NCBI GenBank assembly: GCA_963812155.1
Contig: CAWETW010000004.1
Coordinates: forward strand, 138,305 to 202,304
DNA from: Vulcanimicrobiota bacterium
GTDB taxonomy: Bacteria > Vulcanimicrobiota > Vulcanimicrobiia > Vulcanimicrobiales > Vulcanimicrobiaceae
Reading direction: 5' to 3'
DNA: 64,000 nucleotides
In this document: positions 59,708 through 64,000 of the stretch, piece after piece
Numbering within the stretch: position 1 is the first letter of the stretch
How the letters are laid out: every line of letters starts with the position of its first letter
Notes under the pieces: model-generated
Told to the model about the DNA's origin: nothing
The model's input: the letters and a program-made list of their open reading frames with translations, nothing else
Databases searched by the model: none
Program-made: the position numbers and the translations under genes

Positions 59708-62700
59708 GTGCCCGCGCCAGCCGGCGACGCCTATTGCCCAAGTGCAATCGCGGTGCGGGCTAACCTGCTCGGCCCGTTCTCGATGACGGTAGGGACAAGG
59801 ACCGCCGGGCCTTGGTCCCGCCCTCCCGCCAAGCGTCTCTTGGAGCTGTTGTTGATTAGCCCGGGGCGGCGTACCGGCCGGGGAGCCGCTTGCGAGGCGC
59901 TTTTTCCCAACCTCGGCCCAGCTGCAGCGGCCCGAGAGCTCTCCAAGGCGCTCTCCATGGCACGGGCTTCCCTGTCAGCTTTGGGTGAAGAAGCAGCAGG
60001 GCTGATCCAAGCCGACCGGGGGCATGTCTGGGCTAATCCCGGCGCTCAGCTCGAGGTAGATCTAGACCTCCAAGAGGAGAGGTTGCGCTCGGCTCTCAAA
60101 ACTGAGCCTGGCATGGACCGCGACAACCAGCTACTACTGGCTCTGGCAGACGAGGGCACCCTGATCGAAGACGAGCCCGTTGCCGAGTGGGCCGTCCGTC
60201 CCAGGGAGCGGCTGGAGTGGACCCGTCAGGGAGCGCGCCTGGCCCTGGCACGAGATCGCGCCAGGGGCATGGGACGGTCACAGCCCGAGGCGGTCATCGA
60301 TGCCTGGGAAAACTGCCTGTCCCACGACCCCACCTCTGAGGAGGCGGCGTCGGCACTCATGCGGGTTTACGAGGCGCAGAGAAGGCACGGTCTGGTGGCG
60401 GCCACCTACAAGCGGTGCCGGACGGCTCTGGAGGAACTGGGGCTGCGGGTCTCGCCCGCCCTGGAGGAGGTCCACTTGGCAACGACTTCCACCGCCCGTT
60501 CCCCCCAGCACCCTGTTGAGCACTCCGGCCGCCTTGGCGCTGTGCCGTACAGGGAGGAGCGCCGGCTCGTGAGCGTGCTCTTCGCCGAGGTCACGGGACC
60601 CGTCGGTACCGGCCGGAAGCTGGACCCAGAGGACCTTCGCGAGCTGGTGGGCGGGGCCCTGGCGGGGGTAGTCGCGCACGTGGAGGCTTTCGGCGGTACG
60701 GTCACGTCGGTTTCTGGCGCCGGCCTGGTAGCGCTCTTCGGTGCCCCCGAGTCCCACGAGGACGACCCCGAGCGGGCGCTACGCGCCGCTTTTCGTGCCG
60801 TCAGCGGTGCCGGCGACGGCGACGGAGGCCTCTCGTTGCGTACTGGCGTCGAGACCGGTCAGGCGGTGGTCGGCCCGATCGGGGGCGCTTCGACGACCCA
60901 CTACGGCGCGTTGGGGGAGGTGGTCGGCGTCGCCGCAGCCCTCCAGTCGGTGGCCAGGCCGGCTTCAGTGCTGGCCGGTCCGGGCACGCGGGCCGCCACC
61001 GAGGGCCTCTTCGAGTGGGGCCCGACAGAGGAGGTTGCAATCCCATCTGGGGCAAAGCCCCTCGTCGGGTCCTACCTCGAGCGTCCCAAGGCTCGCCCGT
61101 TGGGCCAAGCCGGCCGGAGGGGCCTCGCCGGAAGGGCCCTCTTGGTAGGCCGGCGGGCCGAGCTGGCGGTGCTCCATGACGTCCTGAGGGAGGCCACGGC
61201 GGGCAAAGGGGGTGTCCTGATGGTCGCGGGCGAACCGGGCCTCGGGAAGTCCCGGCTGGTCTCCGAGTGCCGCAAGCTCTTTATGGCCTGGGTGGGGGCG
61301 GCGTCGGGCCGTCTGCCGCTCTGGCTGGAAGCCCGCGCTGCGTCCTACGCCTCCTCCCGTCCTTACGGGCTCTACCAGCAGCTCCTGAGTGCCTGGGTGG
61401 GCGTGGTCCCAGAAGAAGGCGAAGAGGTGTTGCGCCCCGCCTTGGAGCGAGCCATGAAGGCGGTCTTCGGCGACAGAGCCGGCGACCACCAGGTCGGGCT
61501 GCTCTCGCAGATGATGGGCCTCGGGCTGGGCGACGCAGGGCCGGCCCTGGCCCGGCTCACGCCGGAGCAGCTGCAACGGTCCACGTTTGAGGCGGTGCGG
61601 GCGCTCGTCTCGCGGCTCGTGGCCCACGGCCCGACCGTGCTGGTGTTGGAGGACCTGCACTGGGCCGACCCGACTTCGCTCCACCTCACCGAGGAGCTTT
61701 CGTCTCAAGCCAAAGAGGGCCCGTTGCTGCTGGTCCTCACCCGTCGGCTCGAGCCCGACCCGGGCGTGTCGGCTCTGGAGGTCGCGCTCGGTGCCGACCA
61801 GGGCCTGAGGCTCCGAAGGCTCGAGCTTTCCCCTCTTGCCCAAAGCGTCGAGCGGGACCTAGCCCGGTCCCTGCTCGGCGAGGACCCCCCCGACGATGTC
61901 GTCGACGCGGTGAGCGAGGGCGCCGAGGGGAACCCCTTTTTCTTGGAGGAGCGCCTGTTATCTTTGCTCGGCACCGGCGCCCTGGTCCGGGGCGAGGCAG
62001 GCTGGCAGCTCGACCACGCCGCACCACGAGAGCTCCCGGAGGCTCTGGAACGTCTCGTCCGCTCGAGGGTGGACCGCTTGGGCGCCATTGCACGTGAGAC
62101 GATTGTCGCCGCCTCGGTGCTGGGCGCGGAGTTCTCCCTATCCACGGTGGCGGCGGTCGTCGCAGTCAACGGGGAACTTCCTCAAGCATTGGCAGAGCTG
62201 TGCTCCGCCGGCTTGATCACGAGGCTGCGCCAGCTGCCTGAGCCCTCCTTCCGCTTCCGCCACGCCTTGATCCAAGACGCCACTTACAAAGGCCTTCTGC
62301 GAGGACAGCGCCGCCAGCTTCATGCAAAGGCGGCTTGGGCCCTGGAGGAGGCCGCAGTAGGCCGGCTGGGAGAAGTTGCCGGCCTCCTCGGGCACCATTT
62401 CGCGAGGGGCGGGGAGCCCGGGCGGGCGTTACATTACCTGGAACTTGCGGGCGACCATGCTGCGTCGGCCTTTGCCAACGACGAGGCGGTGGCCTCTTAT
62501 CTCTACGGGCTGGACCTCCTCGGGAAATACGGAATCGATAAATCGGGGCTCGGTCGCGACACAACGGTCAATGCCGAGACAGAGATCCGTCTCAAGCTCG
62601 CACTGGTCCTTTCGACTATGGGGCGTTACGCCGAGGCCCGTGAAACGCTCCAGGATGGCTTGCGTGGGGTGGGTCGTCACGATCAGTTCCAAGCTGCTCG

Positions 62701-63673
62701 GCTCCACAACAGGCTGGGATGGGTGGAGCTCGGCGTCCACGAGTATGACGCCGCTATCAGCGCGTTCGAGGCGGCGGGAGCGCGGTTTGGCAATCACCCG
62801 GAGGCCTCGGAGCCCGGGGTCTTTGACCTCTGGCTCGACAGCCAGCTGGGCCTGGGGCAGGTCCACTACTGGCGGGACGAACCCGACCAGATGGCAGCCG
62901 TGTTGGGGAGGGTCAGTCCTATGATCGGGGCCCAGGGAGTACCGCGGCGAAAGCAGGCTGATTACTACTTGGCGGTTCTCCTGTGGCAACAGGCGAAGCG
63001 ACGTCACCGTATCGACGAGGAGATCCTCGAGACCGCTAGAAGGGCCCTGGCGGCAGCCGAAGAAGCGTCCCCGCAGGTCAACATCGGTTGGGCCGTTTTC
63101 AACTTGGGCTTTTGCTTGCTGTGGTACGGCGACCTGTACGGTGCCGAAGAAAGGCTCACCGAGGCCCTTAATATCGCTGAGCGCATTGGAGAACTGAGCA
63201 TGCGAGCGCTGAGCCTCTCCTACCTCAACCTGCTCGCCCTTCGGCGCCAGGACCCCGCTGCGGTCGCCGTCCTCGCGCCCCAGGCCATAGAGGCCGCAAA
63301 TGCGACCTCCAGACCTCAGTACGCGGCGATGGCCAAAGCGAGCTTGGTGTGGCTGGCTTGGCGGACAGGCCACACTGCCGCGGTCGAGCCACTAGCGCGG
63401 GATGCACTCGCATCATGGCCTGCCACCAGTTGGCAGCCGTTCCACTGGATTTGCCTATGGCCTCTGATCGCTGTGCGCTTGGCTGCGGGCCAAGTGGCGG
63501 AGGCGGTCGAGGCGGCCGGGCAGCTGCTCCCAGCTCCTCAACAGCGTCTCCCAGACGAGCTAGAGGCGGCAGTGCAAGCCGGTGTGGAGGCTTGGGAGAG
63601 GGAAGAAAACGATCTCGCTAGAGAGAGGTTGGGTGTGGCCGTCGAGCTAGCACAGCAGCTCCGATATGCCTAA
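59708..63673 (+). CDS. BTAD(SARP) + class III cyclase-like + AAA ATPase + TPR regulator
   Basis: LLGPF, DP.SEEA..ALMR (BTAD); EERRLVSVLF, FGAP..HEDDPERA; GEPGLGKS; LEDLHWAD; GNPFFLEE; FRHALIQD. Confidence 0.9.
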   Translation: MPAPAGDAYCPSAIAVRANLLGPFSMTVGTRTAGPWSRPPAKRLLELLLISPGRRTGRGAACEALFPNLGPAAAARELSKALSMARASLSALGEEAAGLIQADRGHVWANPGAQLEVDLDLQEERLRSALKTEPGMDRDNQLLLALADEGTLIEDEPVAEWAVRPRERLEWTRQGARLALARDRARGMGRSQPEAVIDAWENCLSHDPTSEEAASALMRVYEAQRRHGLVAATYKRCRTALEELGLRVSPALEEVHLATTSTARSPQHPVEHSGRLGAVPYREERRLVSVLFAEVTGPVGTGRKLDPEDLRELVGGALAGVVAHVEAFGGTVTSVSGAGLVALFGAPESHEDDPERALRAAFRAVSGAGDGDGGLSLRTGVETGQAVVGPIGGASTTHYGALGEVVGVAAALQSVARPASVLAGPGTRAATEGLFEWGPTEEVAIPSGAKPLVGSYLERPKARPLGQAGRRGLAGRALLVGRRAELAVLHDVLREATAGKGGVLMVAGEPGLGKSRLVSECRKLFMAWVGAASGRLPLWLEARAASYASSRPYGLYQQLLSAWVGVVPEEGEEVLRPALERAMKAVFGDRAGDHQVGLLSQMMGLGLGDAGPALARLTPEQLQRSTFEAVRALVSRLVAHGPTVLVLEDLHWADPTSLHLTEELSSQAKEGPLLLVLTRRLEPDPGVSALEVALGADQGLRLRRLELSPLAQSVERDLARSLLGEDPPDDVVDAVSEGAEGNPFFLEERLLSLLGTGALVRGEAGWQLDHAAPRELPEALERLVRSRVDRLGAIARETIVAASVLGAEFSLSTVAAVVAVNGELPQALAELCSAGLITRLRQLPEPSFRFRHALIQDATYKGLLRGQRRQLHAKAAWALEEAAVGRLGEVAGLLGHHFARGGEPGRALHYLELAGDHAASAFANDEAVASYLYGLDLLGKYGIDKSGLGRDTTVNAETEIRLKLALVLSTMGRYAEARETLQDGLRGVGRHDQFQAARLHNRLGWVELGVHEYDAAISAFEAAGARFGNHPEASEPGVFDLWLDSQLGLGQVHYWRDEPDQMAAVLGRVSPMIGAQGVPRRKQADYYLAVLLWQQAKRRHRIDEEILETARRALAAAEEASPQVNIGWAVFNLGFCLLWYGDLYGAEERLTEALNIAERIGELSMRALSLSYLNLLALRRQDPAAVAVLAPQAIEAANATSRPQYAAMAKASLVWLAWRTGHTAAVEPLARDALASWPATSWQPFHWICLWPLIAVRLAAGQVAEAVEAAGQLLPAPQQRLPDELEAAVQAGVEAWEREENDLARERLGVAVELAQQLRYA

Positions 63674-64000
63674 ACGGGGTGCCCGGTGGCTACCACGCCG
63701 CGGACTTCCCGGTGACGATCGTTGGCGATTGGCTAGAGACCTTTCTAAATAGAGGGTTCGCTCCGTTGAGGACCCGAGCCCACGCAATTTTGCGGGTCTC
63801 CTCCACGCCTTGGCCCGCCAACTGGCGCGCACCGCCGCAGCGATCGACCGGCTCTACCTAGGAAGCAGCTCCGAACGAGTTAGCAGACGCCCGCATTGTG
63901 TCCTCCGGGACCCGCCGATTTTGACTGCATGATGAGGCGGCTACTATTAGGGCAGACTTAGTCGAGTAGAGAGTTCCGTGATCCGGCTGGCTTTCTGACC

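Overview
The window has two very different halves joined abruptly at about 39,575. Left (1-39.57 kb) is clean, gene-dense core chromosome of a GC-rich bacterium with Terrabacteria-type gene order (an Eremiobacterota-like origin is my inference). It carries tRNA-Thr(CGT), dnaB-Lon-rplI-rpsR, infA, glnA, marC, uppS, a Phd/VapC pair, ssb-rpsF, an RND pump, rel-apt, a HIRAN-helicase, secDF, and flhA-flhB-fliR-fliQ-metF followed by a 5'-truncated fliP. Right (39.57-64 kb) has different composition and actinobacterial-type accessory genes: mobC plus relaxase, TetR/NmrA/SnoaL, repeat-rich secreted proteins, two IS110 fragments and a BTAD-cyclase-like-AAA-TPR regulator. It has many frameshifts and fused gene fragments, so a chimeric or low-quality assembly is likely. 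The best candidate for new biology is at 14.49-15.46 kb: a sigma70 promoter, a 24-aa leader peptide with three consecutive Tyr codons, and mutually exclusive antiterminator/terminator hairpins, upstream of an uncharacterised heme-oxygenase-like dimetal (HDO) enzyme. This suggests a tyrosine-starvation-induced oxidase. Also notable: a covarying ~100-bp palindromic element between convergent stop codons, a split rpsF-ssb/rpsR operon bracketed by REP-like repeats, and a catalytically degenerate cyclase domain. All calls come from reading motifs by eye; no searches were run.
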